Positions 1 to 9,444 of a DNA stretch of 64,000 nucleotides are shown one piece after another (position 1 is the first letter of the stretch; every line of letters begins with the position of its first letter). Under the pieces are notes generated by a model. It was not told where the DNA came from. It searched no databases and saw nothing but the letters and a program-made list of their open reading frames with translations. A program made the translations under genes and the position numbers. Source of the DNA: Alphaproteobacteria bacterium (GTDB lineage Bacteria > Pseudomonadota > Alphaproteobacteria > Rs-D84); contig JAGBHZ010000004.1 in assembly GCA_017935245.1 (NCBI GenBank), forward strand, positions 1,305 to 65,304, given 5' to 3'.

Positions 1-103
1 CGTGTATCTACGCGATGTAAAACGCCCCGTTTCTGAATTGAATCATAATGGATTGGGGCGCTAAAATCAACCGTTTTGTATTAGGATAAAAAGCATAAAA
101 GAA

Positions 104-1168
104 TCATTTTTTGGGCATGCCCCAAAAGAACTTACGTCGATACACCAAACAACCAAATAAATATACAGATCGCGTACGATGTCTATCGTTAATACGCAAA
201 AACGGAATCAGTCCAAACAAACGATATTTATAAACATAATTCTTGGCACGCAAATCCATATATTCCATTAGTTTTTTTATGTTTTGTGTTTCCAAAAGAT
301 CACTCAATATTTCATCGCGCACCAAAAATTTATCTGCATTCTTTGTTTTTTTATACAAATCTATTATCAAGCGCGCCAACAACAGTTGTTTATCCGGATC
401 ATATACCTGGTAATAAAAATTATCAATCAAGAATAAAAATCTATCTTCAATAATATACCGATAGGCATCCCACGAAACCGTTGCACCATTAATCATATCC
501 CACATTTTTGGATATATATTTATAATGTCTAAGATCTGACGATCCGATGCACGCTTGCGCGTTAACGACATTTGGTTTTCGAAATGAAAATAAAACGCAT
601 CACGAACAATTTTTGCACTTTGCATCTTTAAAATGACGGGCAATTCGAATACAGTATCTTCGGCCAAATATCCATCACCAAACTTGGCCCCAATATCTGA
701 TATAAATTTAGCATCAAATATACAGCGCCATGGACGCGCACCAAACAAAAATTCACCGTCTTCTGATTCCAGCTTAACCTTTTTGCCATCCGCCCAAACA
801 CTTTTCATATTCCCAACAACAACCTGGCACCCATCCACCTGGGCAGCATTATATAGTTTTTCATACCAACTATGTTCAACCCAATCATCGGGGTCAACAA
901 ATCCAATATATTCACCACGCACATGCTTTAAACCGATATTTCGCGCAACGCCAGGGCCCGAATTTTTCTTTGTTGAATAAATTTCTATTCGCGGATCCTT
1001 GATCGCCATCAATTCCAATATATTCATACTGTTATCCGTTGAACAGTCATCAACACATATAATTTGTAAATCTGCCAATGTCTGCATACGCAACGAATGC
1101 ATACAGCGCTCCAAATACGGCGCAACATTATAAATTGGTATAATCACTGATATTTTTGGTTTTGTCAT
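104..1168 (-). CDS. GT2 family glycosyltransferase
   Basis: N-terminal ISVIIPIYNV...CVDDCSTD...GVARNIGL...GEYIGFVDPDD GT-A motifs; start taken at MTKPK (1168). Confidence 0.9.
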   Translation of the reverse strand: MTKPKISVIIPIYNVAPYLERCMHSLRMQTLADLQIICVDDCSTDNSMNILELMAIKDPRIEIYSTKKNSGPGVARNIGLKHVRGEYIGFVDPDDWVEHSWYEKLYNAAQVDGCQVVVGNMKSVWADGKKVKLESEDGEFLFGARPWRCIFDAKFISDIGAKFGDGYLAEDTVFELPVILKMQSAKIVRDAFYFHFENQMSLTRKRASDRQILDIINIYPKMWDMINGATVSWDAYRYIIEDRFLFLIDNFYYQVYDPDKQLLLARLIIDLYKKTKNADKFLVRDEILSDLLETQNIKKLMEYMDLRAKNYVYKYRLFGLIPFLRINDRHRTRSVYLFGCLVYRRKFFWGMPKK

Positions 1169-2165
1169 GTTTTTCACCCTTCTTTGACGAATATGCAAAT
1201 GCCATCAGTCGCAATAACAACCACTGAAAACGGCCAAAATATTTTTTGGGAAACAAATTTCGTCTTATAATTTCTTTTAATGTATTACCTGCGATATTTC
1301 TGCACATACGTTGATGCAAGGGTACCAATAACATATAATCAAAAAAATAACCCGCAAATGAATAGAAAAACGAATCTATAAACCATGCAGGATACTTATT
1401 CACAACATTATCGCGAATATATTCCAACGTCGGCAAAAAGAAATCAATTTGACCCGCGCTTAATCCATTATTCATTACCGATGTTGATGACAAACGATGA
1501 TATGTTATCGGCGCCCAAATCATCACCAGTTTGTTCACATACTGAAATACATCTAATATAAAACAAATATCGTCCCCTGGACACAATCCAGGCACAAAAC
1601 GCACCCTGTCAATTATACTGCGATGAAACAATTGATGCCAAATCCATACATTTTTATAATTTTCACCAAACACATTATACGACGTACAAAAGTTGCGCAA
1701 AACATTTTCATGACCATCTGAAATCATTATTGGCTGGGCCTTGTTAAGGGTCAATTTTTTTGGCAGTTTCTTTTCAAACTTGAAATTATCAGGCACGGTT
1801 ACAGCCGCCCCATTAACCAAATCTGCGCCTGTTTTTTTCGCCGCCAGGAACATTGATTCCAATGCAATTGGTGTATAACAATCGTCGGAATCTAAAAAAG
1901 CAAAATATTGTCCACGCGCCGCATCAATACCGGTATTACGGGCAACCGACACACCCATATTTTTTTCGTGTACAATTAACCTAAATCGATTGTCGTCGGC
2001 AATAAGTTTTCGGATAACGGCAACAGAATCATCCGTACTAACGTCATCAACAATAATACATTCAAAGTCTGAAAATGTCTGGCACCGAACCGATGCCAGA
2101 CAATCAGATAAATATTTTGAATTATTATAATTCGGTATAATAATCGATATTTTTGGTATATTCAT
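1128..2165 (-). CDS. GT2 family glycosyltransferase
   Basis: ISIIIPNYN...IVDDVSTD...SVARNTGI...FLDSDD; start MNIPK (2165); overlaps the next GT2 gene, operon-like. Confidence 0.9.
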   Translation of the reverse strand: MNIPKISIIIPNYNNSKYLSDCLASVRCQTFSDFECIIVDDVSTDDSVAVIRKLIADDNRFRLIVHEKNMGVSVARNTGIDAARGQYFAFLDSDDCYTPIALESMFLAAKKTGADLVNGAAVTVPDNFKFEKKLPKKLTLNKAQPIMISDGHENVLRNFCTSYNVFGENYKNVWIWHQLFHRSIIDRVRFVPGLCPGDDICFILDVFQYVNKLVMIWAPITYHRLSSTSVMNNGLSAGQIDFFLPTLEYIRDNVVNKYPAWFIDSFFYSFAGYFFDYMLLVPLHQRMCRNIAGNTLKEIIRRNLFPKKYFGRFQWLLLRLMAFAYSSKKGEKHDKTKNISDYTNL

Positions 2166-2167
2166 AA

Positions 2168-2881
2168 TTAGCTCTTCTGTGGATAACAACCACTGGTCAA
2201 ACTAAATTTACCAGACGTACCACTATAATTTCCAGAATACAAAACACAATTCGATGCATAGCTGTTATACCCAGGTGTTGTGGTTGGATACACATCATCT
2301 AATGCCTCACAACGGGTACATGTTGGATACGACGATGCCGCAACACCCCAACGTGGCAATCCGTAATATCCCGATGCACACGCATAATCATAAAGCGTTT
2401 CATGTTCAACACAGATAGCACCGGCATCAACACTGCAATACTGATGTTTTTTGCGCGCATACTTTGTCAAATACGTTTCATAGCCAGAGACCGAATTACA
2501 TGATTTCGAAGCGCAGATCGAACAATACAGGCTTGTAACCTCGCCACTTCGTGAATTATATGTACCTGCAACAGCCCCAGTACCAGACTGACATTTCATC
2601 ATATCACAATCACACATATCTGCATTTAATACAGAATTTTTACTGTAACACGCACAAAAAATAGAAGTCATAGAGACTTGCGAAATTATCCCCCGATAAT
2701 ACTTTGGATAGCCATTTGCATTACAATATTGACTGCATGCTGCATCTGTGTTGGCTGAAAGATATGTGCCACCACACGCACTTCCCATCTGGCACACCAA
2801 TTTTGGCATACTATATATGGCCCATGCATCATACACACGAACCAGCAACATCAATAATACCGCACAAATTTTCTTGAACAT
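2168..2881 (-). CDS. Cys-rich secreted protein, unknown function
   Basis: AAGGAGG SD before MFKK; signal-peptide-like N-terminus; many Cys including a YACASGYYG...CTRC segment. Confidence 0.75.
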   Translation of the reverse strand: MFKKICAVLLMLLVRVYDAWAIYSMPKLVCQMGSACGGTYLSANTDAACSQYCNANGYPKYYRGIISQVSMTSIFCACYSKNSVLNADMCDCDMMKCQSGTGAVAGTYNSRSGEVTSLYCSICASKSCNSVSGYETYLTKYARKKHQYCSVDAGAICVEHETLYDYACASGYYGLPRWGVAASSYPTCTRCEALDDVYPTTTPGYNSYASNCVLYSGNYSGTSGKFSLTSGCYPQKS

Positions 2882-3150
2882 TTTTCCTCCTTTGGTCCGT
2901 TTACGCATACAGGAAAACGGTGAGTTTTTTTCGGCATTTTTTTACATTGACAACGTTCAGAAAATTAAGATAGAATACATGCGATTGGTACAAGAATAAA
3001 AAGGACCGTTTTAATCCGACATGCTTTTTTTAAGGTAACATATTGTTTTTACATAAATTTACACCTTTAAATTCAGCATGATTATTTTCATGTTTTTTGG
3101 TGGCTAGCGCAAGTGCCGGATGATTAGTGCTGAATTCTGTTCATACCACA

Positions 3151-3177
3151 ATAAATAAAAGTTTAGTTAAGTATTTT
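3151..3177. repeat. Remnant of the dispersed repeat/MITE family
   Basis: ATAAATAAAAGTTTAG is identical to the left end of 58746-58945; TTAGTTAAGTATTTT is identical to 55691-55705. Confidence 0.55.
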
Positions 3178-3269
3178 TTGAGACCTAAACGCCGGTATGA
3201 CGACAGTGCTTGTTTTTCCATATTTGTACTTTGCTTGTTGATAAAAAAATCCCCGCAAACGCGGTTTTT

Positions 3270-3797
3270 TTATTTCTGGATTACGTTTTCGCGGATGCGC
3301 ATGATATATTTCATCATGTTCTGGTCGGGATAGCGATGAATTATTTCATCCATATCGGATTCTATTTCACGCGCGGCAATACGCATAACGTCCCCGGTGC
3401 TTAGTTGTCGAATAACCTGAATCGCACGCGCACCACATTGAAAAAACTGATTTTTATCATTACAGCGTTCTTTGTAATATGGCAATGATGGGACGATTTC
3501 ATAGAAATAAACCTCGCTAAAAGATGGGTAATCGTCCATACCAACCCAATACCACATCAGCATATCAATCGCATTATCACAAAAATGAATCAGGGGATGC
3601 GCGTTCCATACACAAACGTCCGGCGCCAGAAAACCATCTGCATCCGTGTGTGAACACCAATCAAAGCGACGACCACGGGCATAAAAACGACGGGTTGGAT
3701 ATAAATCTTCGGGGGATGTGATGTTATACGTATCGGTAAAATACGAATAATTCATCATAACCAATTTAAAAAAGCGCTTGTTTTTCGTGCGTTTCAT
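3270..3797 (-). CDS. Hypothetical protein
   Basis: Open frame; TTGACA...TAAAAT promoter lies just upstream of ATG 3797; hairpin and U-tract near 3245-3270. Confidence 0.6.
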   Translation of the reverse strand: MKRTKNKRFFKLVMMNYSYFTDTYNITSPEDLYPTRRFYARGRRFDWCSHTDADGFLAPDVCVWNAHPLIHFCDNAIDMLMWYWVGMDDYPSFSEVYFYEIVPSLPYYKERCNDKNQFFQCGARAIQVIRQLSTGDVMRIAAREIESDMDEIIHRYPDQNMMKYIMRIRENVIQK

Positions 3798-3901
3798 ATG
3801 CCGCATTTTATACCACAGGACCCGATTGTCAATGAACAAAAAGATAATTTTACAACTTGCAATTAATTTTATGATTCTATATAATAGCCAACGCACACCA
3901 C

Positions 3902-3989
3902 GGAGCGTTGGCAGAGTGGTAATGCAGCAGATTGCTAATCTGTGACCGGATTTTTCGGTCCATAGGTTCGAGTCCTATACGCTCCGCCA
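3902..3989 (+). tRNA. tRNA-Ser(GCT)
   Basis: GGAGCG acceptor stem, GCAGA-TTGCTAA-TCTGT anticodon arm, long variable arm, GGTTCGAGTCC, encoded CCA. Confidence 0.95.
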
Positions 3990-4118
3990 GGATTATTCCC
4001 CACCAGTCGGTGGGGTTGTTTTTTGATTTTAATTCGCATACAAACATGGGGAAATGGTTCCTGGTGCGTTTGGGGGACGAATCGTGCACAATTATTAGCA
4101 CAGAGGAGAGAGGAAGCC

Positions 4119-4655
4119 ATGTTCATAAAATCTAAAATTTGTTTTACTGTTTTCGTTATATACGAAATCATCGCAATCAGTTTGTTGCACTTTCAACGCA
4201 CATGCGACGCAATGTTCAGTGCCGGATTCTGCGACAGTGATTTTAAGTACTTTGCCGGGGCAATTGCCGTGCCGTTGCTGGCATACCTGGTGTGGATGTG
4301 GATTCGCGAAATTGTTCGCGCACGGCGGCGGCGCAAATTTATTAATCGGGCGAAACAATTACTGGGGGATATTGCGACAAATGTACACGAAAAACTGAAC
4401 GATGTTTCACCACGGGTCCTAGAACAACTTATCGTGGCGGCAATTATTCTGGGGGTGCAACGGTATGCCGCACATCATCCAAATATTCACCAAACAATTG
4501 GTAAAATCATTGGTAAATCAAACGGTGATACGATGTACGGATACGAATACGATATGGATACAGAAAATGTTGTCGCATCACAACAACGCGCACAACGTAA
4601 ATCAACGGGCAAATCCCGTGCACCACAAAAAAAGACAAACACACGCAAAAAATAA
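4119..4655 (+). CDS. Hypothetical membrane protein with basic C-terminal tail
   Basis: GAGG SD before MFIKSK; two hydrophobic segments; terminator hairpin at 4681-4702. Confidence 0.7.
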   Translation: MFIKSKICFTVFVIYEIIAISLLHFQRTCDAMFSAGFCDSDFKYFAGAIAVPLLAYLVWMWIREIVRARRRRKFINRAKQLLGDIATNVHEKLNDVSPRVLEQLIVAAIILGVQRYAAHHPNIHQTIGKIIGKSNGDTMYGYEYDMDTENVVASQQRAQRKSTGKSRAPQKKTNTRKK

Positions 4656-4769
4656 TCATCAACGCAAACATTCCCACAGACCCGCAAAAACTGCGGGTTT
4701 TTATATATTGATTTTAATCACAAAGGGGACTAAGATTCATATATCTGTTTGATAAAAAAGGGGGACGGT

Positions 4770-6083
4770 ATGAAAAAACTTGCAATTTTAACTTCAATCT
4801 TGGCATTGGCTGCATGTGGTGGTGGTTCTGGCGGTGTCCCTGTTGTTTCAAACAATAACACTTCTGCTTTAGGGAATATAGAATTACCAACATCACGTGT
4901 TTCAAGCACTGCTGCAACTTCTAATAGCTCTGTAACAGGTATGGATAGTAGTGTTACAAATATTAGTGAAATGGCATCCGCTGTCGAGTCTGCTATTGGA
5001 ACAGATGCTTTGAATAGTATTGCAAGTGATTCAGATAATATATCTAACGTGATAAATCGTAGTGCCTCAGCCAGACATGCGACATTGAGGGCCCCAGGAC
5101 ACCATACTGATAAAGAAAAAGGGGCGTATCTTTTCCTTGAGGGCGGAAAAAGATTTAAGAATTGGGGACACGATAAAAGACGTGATTTTTATAGAGAACA
5201 ACCAGATATGGTTAGATATTGGGGTAAGATATTCTGTGGCTGTAATATAGATTCTTATAACGAAGACCAAGTATTAGCAATATTTGATAATGATTCAAAT
5301 CAAACAAACTGGAATAATTTCTATGAACAAAACCATTATCGTGAATATACACTGGGCGATGTTAAATTTGAAACTATGATTACTCCAGGACAAGTTGATA
5401 CAATGAAATTTTTCGTAAAAGAAGACGGACAAATAGATGGCATTGCGTTTGCTGCGGGTGAAGGAAATACGTTAGAACATATACCAAACAGATGGTTAAG
5501 CAAAATTGACAGAACCACAGACAATAAATTTAGAACTGAAGATGGTGCAGATATGGAATATAAAACATATGCTGACGATCTTAACTTAAGATATACCGAT
5601 TTTGGAGTGATAGGTATAGATTATCAGGGAGACCATTTTGATGCCCCTTTTATAGCGGGTTATGAAGATAAAAAAATTATAACAATGCCTGAAGGAGAAA
5701 CACAATTTACTGGTATAGCCAAAGGAACTGTTGAATATGCTTCAGGTGAAAATAACGATTATTTGCCTATTGCTGATAACTCCGCAACATTAACTTTTAA
5801 TAATGGAACAGAAACTTTACACGCAAACTTTAATAATTGGTATGAAGTATCTATATCTAAAACAGGTATGAATTTAGATACACAGCATACACAAGATGAA
5901 CATTTCATTTTAAACAACGAAAATCCCACTTATAGTTATTTTAATGCAAATTATTATGGTGATAATAATACACCTTCTGAAGCGACTGCGTTATTCCAAT
6001 ATCAAGAAAAGATAAATCCTTCTGAAGACATTAAAAACAACAATAAAACTGTATATATCGGATTTGGCGGAAAAGCTGATTAA
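4770..6083 (+). CDS. Surface lipoprotein with TbpB-like C-terminal barrel (probable Slam/T11SS cargo)
   Basis: Lipobox LAAC followed by GGGSGG linker and S/T-rich tether; C-terminal ...FTGIAKG...ATLTF...YYG...EATALF...IGFGGK pattern; directly upstream of a Slam-like gene. Confidence 0.75.
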   Translation: MKKLAILTSILALAACGGGSGGVPVVSNNNTSALGNIELPTSRVSSTAATSNSSVTGMDSSVTNISEMASAVESAIGTDALNSIASDSDNISNVINRSASARHATLRAPGHHTDKEKGAYLFLEGGKRFKNWGHDKRRDFYREQPDMVRYWGKIFCGCNIDSYNEDQVLAIFDNDSNQTNWNNFYEQNHYREYTLGDVKFETMITPGQVDTMKFFVKEDGQIDGIAFAAGEGNTLEHIPNRWLSKIDRTTDNKFRTEDGADMEYKTYADDLNLRYTDFGVIGIDYQGDHFDAPFIAGYEDKKIITMPEGETQFTGIAKGTVEYASGENNDYLPIADNSATLTFNNGTETLHANFNNWYEVSISKTGMNLDTQHTQDEHFILNNENPTYSYFNANYYGDNNTPSEATALFQYQEKINPSEDIKNNNKTVYIGFGGKAD

Positions 6084-6089
6084 TAACCA

Positions 6090-7430
6090 TTGAAACGGAT
6101 ATTGGTATTTTTGTTGTTAATGATTCAGCCCGTATTTAGCGTATGGGCTGAATCTGGTGTGAAAGAAATCACTATGACCACAACCCAGGCCATGCAATTG
6201 GCGGGCGCACTGGTGGACCGTGGGGATATTGAACATGCAACACAAATTCTGACAAAAACACCAAAAATGGGTAATCCTGCCTTGGAAATTGAACGGTGGT
6301 TTTTATTGGCACAAATCGCACAAAAGCAAGGCGATTTTGAAACGGCAATAAAAATTTATCAAAAAATATTGGATGCACAACCGGACCTGGCACGTGTGCG
6401 ATTTGAATTGGCAACATGCTATATGCATACCAAACAATGGTATCGGGCGGATTATCATTTGCGCCTGGCCATGGCGGGGGCGGATTTACCCGACGAAGTA
6501 CGAAAAATAATGAACTATTACCGGTGGATTGTGCGCCAGAATAAAAATTGGAACGTATGGTTTAATTTTGGCGCGGCGCCGGATAACAACATTAACAATG
6601 CCGTCGGCGGGACCGAGTGCGTGAATACCATGTTCGGTCCAATGTGCCGCGATCTTAGCGATCCGGAATCTGCAATTGGGTACAATTTTTCGTTGGGCGG
6701 TAATTACGAGTTTAAATTGTCTGATCATTGGCGGTGGAAATCAGACGCATTTGTTTATTCGAATATTTATGATATTTCTGATTATGATGATTTATATCTG
6801 TCGGTTGGAACGGGGCCACGTTATATCTGGAACCGTGGGGACGTTTGGCTGGCCGGTGTTTGGAATCGCCGATGGTACGGTTGGGAACGATATAACTGGT
6901 CGGCGGGGGTAAAACTGGATTTAAACTATGATTTTACACGCAAATTATCGGGCGGTCTGTACCTGCAATACCTGAATAATTCATACGATTTATACGATGA
7001 TTTTCTGTCAGGCGACACATATTCGGCACAGATGCGGTTTTCATATTCATTTAATGCACGCCTGTATTCTATGTTGCGTGTCGGGCTAACGCGTGAAGAT
7101 ACAACAGCACCCGAATATTCATACTGGCAACCGGGGTTTGGTGTGGGGATTGGTGCAGAATTACCATGGGGATTTCATGTTTATGCGGAACCTTATTTCT
7201 ATTGGACGGCATATGATGATGACAAATGGGTTGTTCATAATGGCAATTTTTCCCAGATAACCGAACGCGACTTTACCCAGCGTTATTCTGTATCAATATC
7301 TAACAACAAATTTGACGTTTGGGGGTTTGTACCAACGATTGTATTGGGATATACACATCGCGATTCAAACATATGGCAACGCGAATTTGATAAATTTACC
7401 GCAGAATTTACAATGCGACAAAAATTTTAA
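6090..7430 (+). CDS. Surface lipoprotein assembly modulator (Slam, DUF560) / type XI secretion outer-membrane protein
   Basis: Signal peptide, TPR region (ILDAQPDLARVRFELA), APDNNINNA motif, aromatic-rich beta strands, terminal Phe; TTG start. Confidence 0.85.
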   Translation: MKRILVFLLLMIQPVFSVWAESGVKEITMTTTQAMQLAGALVDRGDIEHATQILTKTPKMGNPALEIERWFLLAQIAQKQGDFETAIKIYQKILDAQPDLARVRFELATCYMHTKQWYRADYHLRLAMAGADLPDEVRKIMNYYRWIVRQNKNWNVWFNFGAAPDNNINNAVGGTECVNTMFGPMCRDLSDPESAIGYNFSLGGNYEFKLSDHWRWKSDAFVYSNIYDISDYDDLYLSVGTGPRYIWNRGDVWLAGVWNRRWYGWERYNWSAGVKLDLNYDFTRKLSGGLYLQYLNNSYDLYDDFLSGDTYSAQMRFSYSFNARLYSMLRVGLTREDTTAPEYSYWQPGFGVGIGAELPWGFHVYAEPYFYWTAYDDDKWVVHNGNFSQITERDFTQRYSVSISNNKFDVWGFVPTIVLGYTHRDSNIWQREFDKFTAEFTMRQKF

Positions 7431-7491
7431 AAAAGTTGTTGAAAAATATTTTTGTCAACCTATAATATACCAGGACAAAGGGATATTATAG

Positions 7492-8535
7492 ATGGATAAA
7501 TTTTGTATTTTTTGCGGTAACAAGCCAGAAAACAAGAACAAAGAACACGTGATTCCACAGTGGCTTAGCAAGCACACAAACCGATATCAAAAGGTTTGTG
7601 AATTTGGAGAATCTATTACCAAGGCACAAATTCCGTTTTGCGCCCTGACCTTTCCGGCGTGTACGGCATGTAATGATGCGTTTGGAAAACTGGAAGCCAC
7701 CGTCAAACCAATTTTACTGGATATTATGGATGGAAAATCGGTCAATGCAGAACAAATTAGTTTGCTGATGGACTGGTTCGATAAAATCCGTGTGGGGTTA
7801 TGGTTATCGGAACTGACGCTGGCAAAAAAAGTCGATAAAATCGAACCAAAATTTCATATCGCCAGTCGTATGGGGCAAAAAGACCGTATGCTGATTATCG
7901 AACGATTCAAGGATATTGGCGAAGGATTGGCGTTCGTTGGAACAAATTCCCCACTGTTTGTCGAATCCCCCAGTGTATTCGCATTAATTGTTAATGATTT
8001 TGTGTTTATAAACGCGTCTGAATTTGGACTGGTATCCAATAAATTAGGGTTCCCAAACTATAACAAAATGAAATTAACCAATAATCGCAATGCGCAAACA
8101 CTGGAAATTACCAAGGGTCGAAATAAGACAACACATCCGGTTGTATCTGATTTCCAGGCATCGCCAACACGAACAATCATATATCAACCAATGTATCGCG
8201 GCGTTCCAAATTATAAGCCCAGCAAAGAATTTAATGTGCCATATGTGTTGAACCATTCACTGGATTATGAAAACGGTGTTGGCGGGATATTTGTGCAACG
8301 TGGCGACAACCAGATAAAGTATATCGACCAAAACCAAACAACGTCATTGGCACCACGTGCAAAAGATCCAAGCACAATTGGCAACACACTGCAAGACGTG
8401 TTTAAATTACAAAACTTTGTATTATCCAGTCGTGCAGACATTGATTCACGCCGCCCTGCAGATTCTTTGTTCTGGCGCAATATGATGGCAAAAAATATTG
8501 TATTAATGAACGCATATGCAACACGAAAAAAATAA
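7492..8535 (+). CDS. Protein with N-terminal Zn-binding HNH-endonuclease-like domain
   Basis: CIFC...KEHVIPQWL...ACTACN motif; the remaining ~280 aa were not recognised. Confidence 0.6.
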   Translation: MDKFCIFCGNKPENKNKEHVIPQWLSKHTNRYQKVCEFGESITKAQIPFCALTFPACTACNDAFGKLEATVKPILLDIMDGKSVNAEQISLLMDWFDKIRVGLWLSELTLAKKVDKIEPKFHIASRMGQKDRMLIIERFKDIGEGLAFVGTNSPLFVESPSVFALIVNDFVFINASEFGLVSNKLGFPNYNKMKLTNNRNAQTLEITKGRNKTTHPVVSDFQASPTRTIIYQPMYRGVPNYKPSKEFNVPYVLNHSLDYENGVGGIFVQRGDNQIKYIDQNQTTSLAPRAKDPSTIGNTLQDVFKLQNFVLSSRADIDSRRPADSLFWRNMMAKNIVLMNAYATRKK

Positions 8536-8549
8536 CCCAGATTTCCAGC

Positions 8550-9350
8550 ATGATTCAGGAAGGCGATAAATTTTCTGTGATTGATTTACGCACATCAATT
8601 GATGAAGTGTTAACCGCACAAAAATCTATGCCGGTTCATGGCGACACACCACCATTAAGGATTGTAATTGATGGCGAAATAATGGATATATTGCGATGTT
8701 CACCACACATGTACGCCCAGTACAGAATCAACCAATACAACGATATAAAATCCAGCGCAATAAATATTGATACACAATTACGCAAAAATGGATTTTATAC
8801 CACACATAAATTTTCTTATGATTATCGGACGCCGGGCTTGACACCAGAACAAATTATCAATGATGCATATTGTATGGAATACTTTCAAACCATGGCAAAT
8901 GCGGCACAATATCGCAGAAAATCTATGAAACGAGTTGAACCCATGCTCCGAGACGCATTTCGTATATCATATTACTATGCCCAATATTTATGGGCGTGTA
9001 ACCCCGGGGTGTGCACAAATATCGCAAAAAGTTTATCATGCCCGGGGGCTGATAACTGGGGCCAGATAATTGCAGCAATTTTGGGTATTGGATTTAAATT
9101 TCACCCAGATGATGTCTATGAATTTGCCATCAATCACATTAGTCCAGATATTACCCCAGATGAATTTAATGCACGATATGATATGCAAAAACACTTCAAA
9201 GATATGGTCATGAAAAAATATGCCATTGATACCGGGTGCATGGTGTTAAGCGAAAATTCACAACAAAAACTGACCCAGATTTTAACAAAATCTGAACCAT
9301 CATTGTTTATGCAAATTATTAGCAAATTGCGTTTCGGCAACAAACGATAA
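8550..9350 (+). CDS. Hypothetical protein
   Basis: 266 aa ORF 14 bp after the HNH-like gene; no motif recognised. Confidence 0.65.
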   Translation: MIQEGDKFSVIDLRTSIDEVLTAQKSMPVHGDTPPLRIVIDGEIMDILRCSPHMYAQYRINQYNDIKSSAINIDTQLRKNGFYTTHKFSYDYRTPGLTPEQIINDAYCMEYFQTMANAAQYRRKSMKRVEPMLRDAFRISYYYAQYLWACNPGVCTNIAKSLSCPGADNWGQIIAAILGIGFKFHPDDVYEFAINHISPDITPDEFNARYDMQKHFKDMVMKKYAIDTGCMVLSENSQQKLTQILTKSEPSLFMQIISKLRFGNKR

Positions 9351-9444
9351 GTATATGGGATGCGTGGAATACGTACCTAGTTATTTTCAATAAAATAATG
9401 TGTATACCTGAACATGTGTTAATAAACAAAAAAAAGGATTACAC

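Noticed and set aside
2882-2945. Third C4-like leader before the Cys-rich gene (A7-CTC plus hairpin on - strand)
   Set aside because: No basal stem, a/b pairs or terminator were found; at most a decayed trace.
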